Below are positions 35,830 to 45,447 of a DNA stretch of 45,685 bases, one piece after another. The DNA is from Candidatus Omnitrophota bacterium (GTDB taxonomy: Bacteria; Omnitrophota; Gorgyraeia; Gygaellales; Profunditerraquicolaceae): the NCBI GenBank assembly GCA_028687205.1, contig JAQUAP010000002.1, forward strand, positions 1-45,685, written 5' to 3'. Positions within the stretch are counted from its first letter, which is position 1. The number at the start of each line of letters is the position of its first letter. The position numbers were made by a program, and so were the translations under genes. The notes beneath the pieces were generated by a model that was not told the DNA's origin, made no database searches, and worked only from the letters and a program-made list of their open reading frames with translations.

Positions 35830-37184
35830 TTATCTCCCGCTTGCAAACAGATAAAAAATAAGACGAGTGTTACCAGGTGTAAAGGAAGCCTGTCCACGGA
35901 GTTAAAAATTTGTAATTCTAAATCCGCTAGGCTCATCGGCCATACAATATAAACAGTAAAATAAAACCCTACCTGCAAAATAATGATCAATAAGAAAAAC
36001 CAGGCCAGCTTTTCCCGGGGCCTGATCAAAAACCATACCAGTGCGATAATAAAACCTACCCAGAAAATATTCCATTTTCCTATATCCAGCCCATGTCTAA
36101 CCCAGATGTCTAAAGCCAGGGGCAACCGTTGTTTTATCAGCTCCAATAAGTTCCCGGCCGGCCCCTGGAAATAGGTGACCCTGATCCCAAAGTAATACTT
36201 GAATAACAACCAGGGCAAATAAATCAATGCCGGTATAAATGCAACTATGGAGAGGAACTTTTTTTTATTGCTATCTAACTTAAACAGCAGGCAGATTACC
36301 AGGCAACTCAAAAGCAAGGCTGCCCAAAAACCAAACCCTTCATTTTTTACCCACATCCCCAGCCCTATAAAAAAAGCGCCAAACATAAGAAAAAAATTAT
36401 CCTGCTCTTTTAAATACCTCCAGGTATACAGGATGCCTGCGGTTATATAAAAGGCAAGCGGCACATCCATATAAGCGGTGGAAGCCATATTGACCAAACT
36501 GGGAATGGTAGCTAAAACCAGGCAGCCTCCTAAGGCGAACTCAACCTTGAATAGCCTTCTAAGCTGATAGTAAAACAAGGCGATAGTGGCCGCGTAGAAA
36601 AATGAGCAAAAAAGTTTTATCAATGGTTCATGTACTTGACCCAGGAAAAAATAAATATACGTTTCCACAAACGGCATGAGTACCGGATAGTCGGGATGGG
36701 CAAAACCGGGAAAGCCGACGCAGGAGTACACGGAAAAAGTCCTCTCATGAAAAAATATCTTGGCCTTAAATCCCCAGCTGGCCCAGGCATCCCAGGCATT
36801 AAAGGGAAGGCTGGATGACTTTAAAAACACATAAGCTATTTCCCAGATAATGATGGCAAGTAAAAATATTGCCAGGGGCGAGAAAGAGAGCCTTTGCCTA
36901 TGCCAGGATGTAGCGCGATAACAGAAAAAGTTTTCTTTCAGCTTTAAGGCCGCAAAAGCAAGGAAAGCGATTTGAAAAGACAAAAGGTAACCTAAGCTAA
37001 GCGGATATTTAAGCAGCGCTAATAAAAAAGCCTCCAGGCCCACGAACCCTACGCCCATCCCGAAAGCCAGGCACAAGATTTCTCCTATCGGCAGTTCTTT
37101 TTTAGGGCCGGGGAATAACCTTAATACGGCGTATCCCGTAATGATTATGCTAAAAACAGCTAATGTAAATTTAAAGAAAACCAT
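35811..37184 (-). CDS. Polytopic membrane protein, possible GT-C fold (ArnT/PMT-like) glycosyltransferase
   Basis: 457 aa with 11 or more hydrophobic segments. Its position immediately upstream of, and overlapping, the GT2 fusion gene suggests the call. No diagnostic motif was recognised with certainty. Confidence 0.45.
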   Translation of the reverse strand: MVFFKFTLAVFSIIITGYAVLRLFPGPKKELPIGEILCLAFGMGVGFVGLEAFLLALLKYPLSLGYLLSFQIAFLAFAALKLKENFFCYRATSWHRQRLSFSPLAIFLLAIIIWEIAYVFLKSSSLPFNAWDAWASWGFKAKIFFHERTFSVYSCVGFPGFAHPDYPVLMPFVETYIYFFLGQVHEPLIKLFCSFFYAATIALFYYQLRRLFKVEFALGGCLVLATIPSLVNMASTAYMDVPLAFYITAGILYTWRYLKEQDNFFLMFGAFFIGLGMWVKNEGFGFWAALLLSCLVICLLFKLDSNKKKFLSIVAFIPALIYLPWLLFKYYFGIRVTYFQGPAGNLLELIKQRLPLALDIWVRHGLDIGKWNIFWVGFIIALVWFLIRPREKLAWFFLLIIILQVGFYFTVYIVWPMSLADLELQIFNSVDRLPLHLVTLVLFFICLQAGDKWRASC

Positions 37185-37194
37185 TTCCGGATAG

Positions 37195-37596
37195 CTAACG
37201 GTCAGTAAGTTTTAAAGCCTTGGCATCAGTATCAAATATGATAATATATTTGGGCTCCGCGGTTATGCCCTGCCCCCGCAATATCTTCCGCGGGTAAAGA
37301 AGGTAGGAAAGTTTACCGACGAAATATTCTTTAAGAAACCAGTTTGGCGTCCTGAAATCAGGCTCTCTGGGAAGAGACTTAAATACGATATTCTCCCTCT
37401 CTCCTACTCCCGCCGCGCATTGCTTGACAAAATTATAAAAATTGCCATCGACAAGCTTATGTTTCTGCTCGAGGCTTAAAGGATATATAGGAAGCAGGAG
37501 ATTAAATGTCTGCCGCGCCTGGACAAGCACCAGCTCAAATGCCAGGATGCACCAGATGCAAAAAATCATTACCACTAATTTCTTCTCTATAACCAT
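37195..37596 (-). CDS. Hypothetical membrane-anchored protein
   Basis: 133 aa. One N-terminal TM helix. Lies 10 nt upstream of the polytopic membrane protein gene. No family recognised. Confidence 0.55.
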   Translation of the reverse strand: MVIEKKLVVMIFCIWCILAFELVLVQARQTFNLLLPIYPLSLEQKHKLVDGNFYNFVKQCAAGVGERENIVFKSLPREPDFRTPNWFLKEYFVGKLSYLLYPRKILRGQGITAEPKYIIIFDTDAKALKLTDR

Positions 37597-37647
37597 AACT
37601 TAAAAACGATTATATACCAGCTAAAACTCCGCGGCAAGCATAATTCT

Positions 37648-39750
37648 CTACCCTAGCTTCAAATTACGCAATCTAAGAGAGTTTCCTATTACCGAAACCG
37701 AGCTAAAGCTCATCGCCGCTGCGGCAAACATCGGGTTTAAGAGCAGCCCGAAAAAAGGATAGAGCGCGCCGGCCGCGACAGGGACGCCAAGGGTATTATA
37801 GAGAAAGGCAAAGAAAAGATTCTGCCGGATATTACGCATAACGCTTCGGCTCAGGCGCAGGGCCTTGACAATTCCGTTTAAGTCACCCTTAACCAGAGTA
37901 ATCCCCGCGCTCTCAATCGCTACATCCGTTCCCGTACCCATAGCCACGCCGACGTCGGCTTCGGCTAATGCCGGAGCGTCATTAATCCCATCCCCGGCTA
38001 CCATTACTTTTGCCCCTGCGGCCTTTAACTTTTTTACTATTTCCACTTTAGCCTTTGGCGTAAGTTCTGCATGAACTTCATTGATGCCTAATTCTTGCGC
38101 GATAGCTTGCGCTGTCTTCTTATTGTCGCCCGTCAACATAATTACTTTTAAGCCCATTTTATGCAATGCGCGGATTGCTCCAGGCGTTGTCTGCTTGATG
38201 GAGTCGGCAATCCCAAGGATCCCCGCTACCTGCCGGTCAACGGCTATCCAGGTAACTGTCCTGGCCATGCCCTGAAGCTCAACGGATTTTTTCTCCAGCT
38301 CTTCAGGTAATTTTATACCGGCATCCTGAATAAATTTTTGCTTTCCCAGTAAAACCTCTTTTCCGCCTGCTTTAGCGCTCAGGCCTGCTCCGGTTAGCGA
38401 TTGGAAATCTTCCACCGGAACGATCTTGCCTCCCTGCTCTTTTACATAATTAACCACTGCGCGGCTTAAAGGATGTTCGCTATTCTGCCCGACAGAAGCG
38501 GCTATATCCAATAACGCCTGCTTATCCCAATTCTGCGCTGTTATAGCGGCGGTTACTTGCGGCGAGCCAACGGTCAGGGTCCCTGTTTTATCTATAAGGA
38601 GATGCGTGATTTTTTCGGCTTTTTCAATTGCCTCTGCGTTTTTGATTAAGATACCCGACTGCGCGCCCCTGCCGACGCCGACCATTACTGACATGGGCGT
38701 TGCCAGGCCTAAGACGCAGGGACAGGCAATAATTAAAACCGATATGGCGCTGACTAAGGCATAGGCTAAAGCCGGCGCTGGCCCGAATAAGGCCCAGGTA
38801 ATAAAAGCAACTGCCGCGCACCCTAACACGGCAGGGATAAAATAAGCGGAGACCTTATCGGCGAGTTTTTGAATGGGCGCCCGGCTGCGTTCGGCATCCG
38901 TCACCATTTGCACAATCTGGGCAAGGATAGTTTCCGGGCCTACCTTTTCCACCCGCAGGATAAAAGTACCGGTCTGATTAACGGTTGCGCCGATGACCCG
39001 CTCTCCTTCTTTTTTATTTACGGGAAACGCTTCCCCGGAAAGCATTGATTCATCGAGTGCGCTATTACCTTCAATGATTATGCCGTCCAAGGGGACTTTT
39101 TCTCCCGGCCGTACACGCAATAAATCCCCTTTCCTAATCTCCTCAATGGCAATATCTTCTTCCCGCCCATCCCGGATACGGTGCGCCTCCCTGGCAGCCA
39201 GGCCGATTAATGCCTTGATTGCCTGGCCTGTCCTGTTGCGGGCCCTTGCTTCAAGGAGCTGGCCGAGGAGCACCAGGACCGTGATAACCGCGGCTGCTTC
39301 AAAATAGAGGCCCAGCTCACCGTTTTTTTTCAAGGCATCAGGGAAGATGCCCGGAAAGAGGATGGCTAAAGCGCTAAAACCATAGGCCGCAGCCACACCT
39401 ATAGCAATCAGGGTAAACATATTAAGGCTTTGATTTACTATGGACTTCCACGCTTTTACAAAGAAGATGTCCCCCGTCCATAAGACTACGGGGGTTGCCA
39501 GGAAAAACTGCAGCCAGCGGGAACCCGGAACCATTTCAATAATGGTCAATAGAAAAACAGGGATGGTTAAAGCTAATCCTATCCAGAATTTACGCGCCAA
39601 AAGCCGCATTTCCTTATCTTCCTCTTCCGGCCCGGAGAGCCGGGCAGTCCCGGGCTCAAGACGCATGCCGCACTTTGGGCAATCACCCGGCTTATCCTGT
39701 GCAACTTCAGGATGCATCGGGCAAATATAGGTATAACCTTGTTTATCCAA
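37648..39750 (-). CDS. copA: Copper-translocating P1B-type ATPase
   Basis: Contains the TM CPC motif ([13 protein letters not shown]), [21 protein letters not shown] and an N-terminal YICPMHPEV...CPKCGM metal-binding module. The track ORF begins at GTG 39780, inside a terminator hairpin. TTG 39750 has GGAGG 5 nt upstream. Confidence 0.92.
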   Translation of the reverse strand: MDKQGYTYICPMHPEVAQDKPGDCPKCGMRLEPGTARLSGPEEEDKEMRLLARKFWIGLALTIPVFLLTIIEMVPGSRWLQFFLATPVVLWTGDIFFVKAWKSIVNQSLNMFTLIAIGVAAAYGFSALAILFPGIFPDALKKNGELGLYFEAAAVITVLVLLGQLLEARARNRTGQAIKALIGLAAREAHRIRDGREEDIAIEEIRKGDLLRVRPGEKVPLDGIIIEGNSALDESMLSGEAFPVNKKEGERVIGATVNQTGTFILRVEKVGPETILAQIVQMVTDAERSRAPIQKLADKVSAYFIPAVLGCAAVAFITWALFGPAPALAYALVSAISVLIIACPCVLGLATPMSVMVGVGRGAQSGILIKNAEAIEKAEKITHLLIDKTGTLTVGSPQVTAAITAQNWDKQALLDIAASVGQNSEHPLSRAVVNYVKEQGGKIVPVEDFQSLTGAGLSAKAGGKEVLLGKQKFIQDAGIKLPEELEKKSVELQGMARTVTWIAVDRQVAGILGIADSIKQTTPGAIRALHKMGLKVIMLTGDNKKTAQAIAQELGINEVHAELTPKAKVEIVKKLKAAGAKVMVAGDGINDAPALAEADVGVAMGTGTDVAIESAGITLVKGDLNGIVKALRLSRSVMRNIRQNLFFAFLYNTLGVPVAAGALYPFFGLLLNPMFAAAAMSFSSVSVIGNSLRLRNLKLG

Positions 39751-39766
39751 AAATTCCTCCGCTAAT

Positions 39767-39800
39767 AAAAAACCCCGCACTTTTAATTAAAAGTGCGGGG
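39767..39800 (-). terminator. Rho-independent terminator (28 nt perfect palindrome plus T6)
   Basis: CCCCGCACTTTTAATTAAAAGTGCGGGG (39773..39800) is followed on the minus strand by TTTTTT. It lies downstream of the 39831..40508 gene. Confidence 0.7.
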
Positions 39801-39830
39801 TTTGTTTATCTACCGCTGTAAAACATCTAC

Positions 39831-40508
39831 CTATTTCTTCTTCAACTTATCAAGAAAATCATCCAAAAATTTACCCGCGATATCCTTGCAGCCTAAGCCA
39901 AAAGCTAAGGCTAAACCTAAGCCTATGCTGGCCAGGGCTATGCCCAAGGTTAACTCGGTGATGCGGATGCCGATATTAAGCTGCTCTAAACCTACGAATA
40001 CAGCAAAAATAACAATAACCACTTCTACGATCTTAGCTAAGATTTTTCCCTGGCTAAGCCCGGCATTATTAGCTGCTGTAACGACAATATTCCTTAATAT
40101 AGTAGCGGCAAACATACCTAATATCAGGATAAATATAGCGGCGATGACGTTAGGTATATAAAGCACTACTTTATTCAGTAAATCTGCGGCTATCGTCAGG
40201 CCTATGGCATTAATGGCGACCATAAAAGTGACTAAAAGCGCCAACCAATAGCAGATTATCCCGATTAACTCTGAAAGGGAAAACCCTATGCCGCCCTTTT
40301 CCAACAAAGCTTCCAATCCAATACGGTCAGAAAGCTCATCGATCTTGACCATCCTTAAACCCTTGGTCACTATTGTCCGGATGATCTTAGAGATGACCCA
40401 ACCGACAATGAGGATAATAAGCACTAACAGAACGTTCGTTACGAACTGGCCTATTTGAGCAAGGACGCTCCTGGCTGGTTCTAGCAAAACTACTTGCCAA
40501 CTACTCAT
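39831..40508 (-). CDS. Membrane protein with conserved TM-helix repeats (mechanosensitive-channel-associated type), tentative
   Basis: 225 aa. Several long hydrophobic helices with a repeated I..IL.A..I pattern. AAGGAGGTGGAGG Shine-Dalgarno upstream. Confidence 0.5.
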   Translation of the reverse strand: MSSWQVVLLEPARSVLAQIGQFVTNVLLVLIILIVGWVISKIIRTIVTKGLRMVKIDELSDRIGLEALLEKGGIGFSLSELIGIICYWLALLVTFMVAINAIGLTIAADLLNKVVLYIPNVIAAIFILILGMFAATILRNIVVTAANNAGLSQGKILAKIVEVVIVIFAVFVGLEQLNIGIRITELTLGIALASIGLGLALAFGLGCKDIAGKFLDDFLDKLKKK

Positions 40509-40547
40509 CCTCCACCTCCTTTGGTTAGTGTTGCCTGATTTCCTTTA

Positions 40548-40576
40548 ACTGTATCATAAGCATACATTTATGTCAA
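40548..40576 (-). promoter_or_regulatory. Putative sigma-70 promoter
   Basis: Minus strand has TTGACA (40576..40571), a 17 nt spacer, then TACAGT (40553..40548). Confidence 0.5.
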
Positions 40577-40608
40577 GAAAAAGTTTTATTTGCCGCAAGA
40601 GGATAATC

Positions 40609-41364
40609 TTATAAATTCAGGCTCATCCCGTCATAAGCCGCTTCTACCGGAATTCCCAGCCGCTTAGTAAGTGAAGCTGCCTGAATATGCGGCTTAGCCC
40701 TGAGCATGGACATACCGAAATGTGTCAGGATTGCTCTCTTGGGCTTACAGGCGCGGATAATCTCCTCTACGTCATCCAGGCAGAGGTGGTCGATGCCCGG
40801 CCGCGGCTCAAAAAGGACTACGGAGACGATTAATATGTCGGTTTGGTAAAAATCTTCCAGCTCTTTAAAAAATCTTGTATCTGTCAGCAGGCCTACAGCC
40901 GTATCCCCTAAAGTAAACTTCAGGCCAAAAGTCTCAACAGGATGGATATGGCGCATGGAGGTCCTAAATGCAAAATTGCCTACCGCATAATCCTTATTCG
41001 CTTCCAATATCTCTATCCTCTCGGGAAAATTAACGGCGTGCTTGAGGATGATGGAATCCGCGTTGAGCGCGTCAGCCGGGCAAAAGACAACGCCCCGCTT
41101 TTTAAAACCTCCCTCAGTCATCGCCTCAATCATCACATTTACATCGTTAGTATGGTCCAGATGGCGATGCGTAAGGATTATACCGTCCAGTTTAGTGGGA
41201 TTTAACCTGGGCCTGCTCGCGGCGCAACGCACGATACTCCCCGGCCCGGGGTCGATTAACACATTGGTCTCTTTTTGGCAAATCCAGATACCGCCTGATG
41301 ACCGGAGCTGTTCAATCATCACAAAACGCGCGCCTGCCGTGCCTAAAAATTTTAGGAAAGCCAT
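40609..41364 (-). CDS. MBL-fold metallo-hydrolase
   Basis: 251 aa. Contains the THRHLDH (HxHxDH) motif and a downstream H...D...H pattern. Confidence 0.85.
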   Translation of the reverse strand: MAFLKFLGTAGARFVMIEQLRSSGGIWICQKETNVLIDPGPGSIVRCAASRPRLNPTKLDGIILTHRHLDHTNDVNVMIEAMTEGGFKKRGVVFCPADALNADSIILKHAVNFPERIEILEANKDYAVGNFAFRTSMRHIHPVETFGLKFTLGDTAVGLLTDTRFFKELEDFYQTDILIVSVVLFEPRPGIDHLCLDDVEEIIRACKPKRAILTHFGMSMLRAKPHIQAASLTKRLGIPVEAAYDGMSLNL

Positions 41365-41834
41365 AACTTCCTGAGCTCCTCATTTATCTTATGCATCTGG
41401 GTATGGCTGATCTCTGCCTCGGAGACTAGGTTCTTTCTTGGCGTTTTCCTCTCTTGCGCCCCGAGAAAATCTTCCACGCCCATTGATTTTACGCCGCAGG
41501 AACGGACAAAAAACCTGATTTCTTTGTCGTCCGAGACAACAATAATATTTTTAGGGGCGCCTGCCGATTCTACCAGCCTTTTAATGCGTTCATCGGCGCT
41601 CAAGCGCCGGGAAAAAGCAACTTCTATGTTGCCTGATTCAAGATTATCCAAGGGAATATCCGCATAACCGTCAAAAATAACCAGACATCTATTATTAGGG
41701 CTGGCGCACAGCCTGCTCATTTTGAGAAATTGAATAAGGGCAAGGCGCAAATCAGAATATTGCTTAGGGATTAGCTTGATGAATTTGGGGTGGTTGGTGA
41801 TGTTGTACCCGTCGATGATGTACTGTAAGGACAT
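41352..41834 (-). CDS. YacP-like NYN-domain ribonuclease (Rae1 family)
   Basis: 160 aa. Contains YIIDGYN, VIFDG, VAFS..LSADERI and IVVSDDKEI. AGGAGG lies 8 nt upstream of the ATG. Confidence 0.8.
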   Translation of the reverse strand: MSLQYIIDGYNITNHPKFIKLIPKQYSDLRLALIQFLKMSRLCASPNNRCLVIFDGYADIPLDNLESGNIEVAFSRRLSADERIKRLVESAGAPKNIIVVSDDKEIRFFVRSCGVKSMGVEDFLGAQERKTPRKNLVSEAEISHTQMHKINEELRKLWLS

Positions 41835-42765
41835 AGATCAGGCCTCCTACTGCTCCGTAGATCACGACAAAAGAGAATGATAGCAGCGACATGGCTACCG
41901 CCAATTGCTTGACTACTCCCGCCTTGGCGAAATAGACGACAAAGAGGTTTTCTCGCAAGCCCAGGCCGCCTATGGCAATAGGGAGTAAGGTAATCGCCCC
42001 GATGATCGGCAGGAAAATCAAGAAATAAAGCAGCTTGATTTTTATCCCTAAAGATAGCGCGATAAAGTAAACGCTTACCGGCATGACCATCTGGATAAAA
42101 AAAGATAAAATCAGGTTATAAATAATCAACTTCTTGTGCCGGCGAAAAATATGGATCTCGCTATGTAAGTCGCTGATTGCCTCCCTTATCTTTCCGGCGC
42201 CCGGCGCAGTCAGGAACCGCGTAATCTTGGAATAGATAAACCGGTTAAACAAAACCAGGAGAATAAAAATTAATAGCACTACAATGACGATAACCGATGA
42301 GATAACAACCTTGTCCCGCGCCAGTCCTCTGTCCAGCAAAAGAACAGGCAGGATCACAAGCACAAGGCCGATATATCCGCTCAACCTGTCCAATAGGACC
42401 GTGGCGATGACCTCTTTAGTCTTACGGGTATGCCCGGCAAGGTCAGCCGTCTTGACAATGTCTCCTCCGATTGTAGAAGGCAGGAAAATACTGAAGAAAA
42501 CGCCTCCGGAAAATGAAACCAGCAGCCTCTTTAAGGTTGCCTGGATACCCGCTGCCTTAAGCAGCATATGCCAGCGCCAAAATCCAAGAAGATAAACAGA
42601 AAAGAAAATGATAAAACCTGCTGCCAAAAGCGTCTTATCCGCGCCTTTTATATCATTAATTAAATCAAGGAGATTGATTTTGTTAAATTTAAACAAAAGG
42701 ACCAATAAGATAATACTTATAATAATCCTTAATGACACAGACAATATTTTTTTAAAAGTTACCAT
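41764..42765 (-). CDS. Flippase-like / lysylphosphatidylglycerol-synthase TM-region (UPF0104) family membrane protein
   Basis: 333 aa with about 8 TM helices. The N-terminal LLVLLFKFNKINLLDLINDIKGADKTLLAAGFIIF pattern is typical of the family. The 3' 71 nt overlap the NYN gene. Confidence 0.6.
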   Translation of the reverse strand: MVTFKKILSVSLRIIISIILLVLLFKFNKINLLDLINDIKGADKTLLAAGFIIFFSVYLLGFWRWHMLLKAAGIQATLKRLLVSFSGGVFFSIFLPSTIGGDIVKTADLAGHTRKTKEVIATVLLDRLSGYIGLVLVILPVLLLDRGLARDKVVISSVIVIVVLLIFILLVLFNRFIYSKITRFLTAPGAGKIREAISDLHSEIHIFRRHKKLIIYNLILSFFIQMVMPVSVYFIALSLGIKIKLLYFLIFLPIIGAITLLPIAIGGLGLRENLFVVYFAKAGVVKQLAVAMSLLSFSFVVIYGAVGGLIYVLTVHHRRVQHHQPPQIHQANP

Positions 42766-42767
42766 TT

Positions 42768-43661
42768 TTATTTAAGTTCTTTTCCTGTTAATTTACGGTA
42801 CGCCTCCAGGTATTTCTGGGTAGTCTTGAAAATAATGTCACTCGGCAGCATGGGCGCCGGAGGGGTCTTATTCCAGCTCAATGTCTCAAGATAGTCGCGC
42901 ACGAACTGTTTGTCAAAACTTAGGGCGGCCTTGCCCGGGGCATATTCATCGCGCGGCCAAAAACGCGACGAATCCGGGGTAAGCACTTCGTCAATCAGGA
43001 TGACTTTGTTATTATGCAAACCAAACTCAAATTTTGTATCGGCAATGATTATGCCCCGTTTATAAGCATAGTCGCTGGCCTTTTTATAAATAGCCAGGCT
43101 TAGCCGGACGATGCCATCCGCAGCCTCCTTACCGATCAATCTCTCCACGTATTCCTGGCTGATATTCTGGTCATGGCCTGCTTCTGCTTTGGTGGAAGGC
43201 GTAAAAATAATCTTAGGGAGCCTGGCGGATTCCTTTAGCCCGGCAGGAAGTTTTATCCCGCAGATAGACTGCTGCTTTTGGTATTCTTTCCATCCTGAAC
43301 CCGAGAGGTAACCTCTTACAATGCACTCTACGGGAATAGGCCTTGTCTTTACTACCAGCATGGAACGGCCGGATAATACGTCTGCATATTTTTTTAGCTC
43401 CGGCGGGTACCTATCTACGTCAGCGCTGATAAAATGGCTGGGGATGATATTTTTCAGGAAATCAAACCAGAAACAGGATAGCGCGGTTAAAATTTTTCCT
43501 TTATAAGGTATGCCGCAAGGCAGGACCACGTCAAAACAGGATATCCTGTCCGTTGAAACAATAAGCAGCTGATCGCCTAAATCATAGACATCCCTTACTT
43601 TACCCTTACGGAATAATTTTAACTCTTTAAAATCCGTATTTAATAATACTTCTTTATTCAT
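42768..43661 (-). CDS. purC: Phosphoribosylaminoimidazole-succinocarboxamide (SAICAR) synthase
   Basis: 297 aa. Contains [26 protein letters not shown] and [14 protein letters not shown]. Confidence 0.95.
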   Translation of the reverse strand: MNKEVLLNTDFKELKLFRKGKVRDVYDLGDQLLIVSTDRISCFDVVLPCGIPYKGKILTALSCFWFDFLKNIIPSHFISADVDRYPPELKKYADVLSGRSMLVVKTRPIPVECIVRGYLSGSGWKEYQKQQSICGIKLPAGLKESARLPKIIFTPSTKAEAGHDQNISQEYVERLIGKEAADGIVRLSLAIYKKASDYAYKRGIIIADTKFEFGLHNNKVILIDEVLTPDSSRFWPRDEYAPGKAALSFDKQFVRDYLETLSWNKTPPAPMLPSDIIFKTTQKYLEAYRKLTGKELK

Positions 43662-45447
43662 GGGATTTAAGGCGTTCCTGGAGGGTTTTATACTCCTGCC
43701 AGAGTTCGGGAGGCAGGGAGCGCTTAAACTGATTGAAAAATTTTTTAATACCTTTTAACTCCTCCAGCCAGTCAGCGTTGCGCACCTCAAGTAATTTTTC
43801 CAGCGCCCCTGCGTCTAAATTAAGCCCGGTCATATCAATGTCCGCCGGATAAGGCACGTAACCTATCGCGGTCTTCAACGCCCCGACCCTGGCGTTGCAG
43901 CGGTCCAGAATCCATTCTAAAATTCTTAAGTTTTCCCTGAACCCCGGCCATAAAAATTCCCCCTTCTCATCGGTCCTGAACCAGTTGACGTGGAATATCT
44001 TTGGAGGCCTGGCCATGCGTTTGCCCATATTCAACCAATGCCTGAAATAATCCGCCATATTATAGCCGCAAAAAGGCAGCATGGCCATGGGGTCCCGGCG
44101 CACCTGGCCTAACTCGCCGACCTGGGCTGCCGTGCGTTCGGAAGCCATCGTCGCACCGGCAAAGACTCCGTGCTGCCAGTTAAAGGTCTCATAAACAAGC
44201 GGCGCTAAATGTTGCCTGCGGCCGCCAAAAATAATTGCGGATATGGGGACTCCGTGAGGCTGTTCCATCCTGAATGACGCTGAAGGGCAATTCACAATCG
44301 GCGCAGTAAAACGGCTGTTCGGATGCGCCCCTAAAATCGGCTTGCCATTAGCATCTTTTGCTCCCGGCTTCCAGGCCCTACTTTGCCAGTCAATGCCATC
44401 AGCCGGAATTTCGCCGTCCGCGCCTTCCCACCAGACTGTCTTGTCGGCTTTAAGCAGTACATTAGTAAAAATTGTATTTTTTTTGATTGTTTCAACCATA
44501 TTGGGGTTAGTCCCGGAATTTGTCCCCGGAGCGACCCCAAAAAATCCTGTTTCAGGATTGACTGCCCAAAGCATTCCGTCGGAATCTACGCGCATCCAGG
44601 CAATATCGTCACCCACTGTCCAGATACGATAGCCCTTTACCTTAAGCCCCTCAGGGGGGACAAGCATAGCCAGGTTTGTCTTACCGCAGGCGCTGGGGAA
44701 AGCCGCGGCAATATATTCAATATGGCCGTTCGGCTCTTCAATGCCCATAATCAACATATGCTCGGCCAGCCAATGCTCACGCAGCCCTAAGTAACTGGCG
44801 ATGCGTAAAGATAAACATTTTTTTCCTAATAGCACATTGCCGCCATAGCCTGAACCTACGCTCCAGATAGTATTGTCTTCCGGGAAATGCAGGATCAGCC
44901 TTTTATTGATATCCAACTGAGCCCTGGAATGCAGACACTTAGTAAAATTGTCTTCTTTTTCCAACTGCCGCAGGACCGCTTCGCCTGCGCGGGTCATAAT
45001 CAGCATATTCAAAACCACATAGCGCGAATCTGTCAGTTCAACTCCGATCTTACTGAATCTTGAACCGACCGGGCCCATAGAGAAAGGAATAACGTACATC
45101 GTGCGTCCGCGCATTGCGCCTTTAAATATAGCCTTAGCTTTTCTATATGCGGTACGCGGGGCCATCCAGTTATTCGTCGGGCCGGCAGTATGTTTTTTCC
45201 GGGTGCAGATAAAGGTGAGGTGTTCGGTGCGGGCAACATCGTCAACGGCGGTGCGGTGTAAAAAACAACCCGGCAATTTTTCCGGGTTTAATTGGATTAA
45301 TTCGCTGCGCGTAAGTGCATCTTGCTCTAAAGCCGCCTTCTGCGCGTCTGTGCCGTCTATCCAGACAATATCATCCGGCTGGCAGAGCTTGGCCATCCGG
45401 TTTACCCAGTCTTTTAATTTTTTATTATGCGTGGGGAATCTCGTCAT
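43654..45447 (-). CDS. pckG: Phosphoenolpyruvate carboxykinase (GTP)
   Basis: 597 aa. Contains FPSACGKTN (kinase-1a), GDDIAWM and NWFR, typical of GTP-dependent PEPCK. Confidence 0.95.
   Translation of the reverse strand: MTRFPTHNKKLKDWVNRMAKLCQPDDIVWIDGTDAQKAALEQDALTRSELIQLNPEKLPGCFLHRTAVDDVARTEHLTFICTRKKHTAGPTNNWMAPRTAYRKAKAIFKGAMRGRTMYVIPFSMGPVGSRFSKIGVELTDSRYVVLNMLIMTRAGEAVLRQLEKEDNFTKCLHSRAQLDINKRLILHFPEDNTIWSVGSGYGGNVLLGKKCLSLRIASYLGLREHWLAEHMLIMGIEEPNGHIEYIAAAFPSACGKTNLAMLVPPEGLKVKGYRIWTVGDDIAWMRVDSDGMLWAVNPETGFFGVAPGTNSGTNPNMVETIKKNTIFTNVLLKADKTVWWEGADGEIPADGIDWQSRAWKPGAKDANGKPILGAHPNSRFTAPIVNCPSASFRMEQPHGVPISAIIFGGRRQHLAPLVYETFNWQHGVFAGATMASERTAAQVGELGQVRRDPMAMLPFCGYNMADYFRHWLNMGKRMARPPKIFHVNWFRTDEKGEFLWPGFRENLRILEWILDRCNARVGALKTAIGYVPYPADIDMTGLNLDAGALEKLLEVRNADWLEELKGIKKFFNQFKRSLPPELWQEYKTLQERLKSHE

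Noticed and set aside
39793-40161. 122 aa plus-strand ORF with a KPKAKAKPKP low-complexity stretch
   Set aside because: It is antisense to the TM-helix-repeat membrane protein. The repeat reflects the GLGLALAFGLG coding sequence on the other strand.
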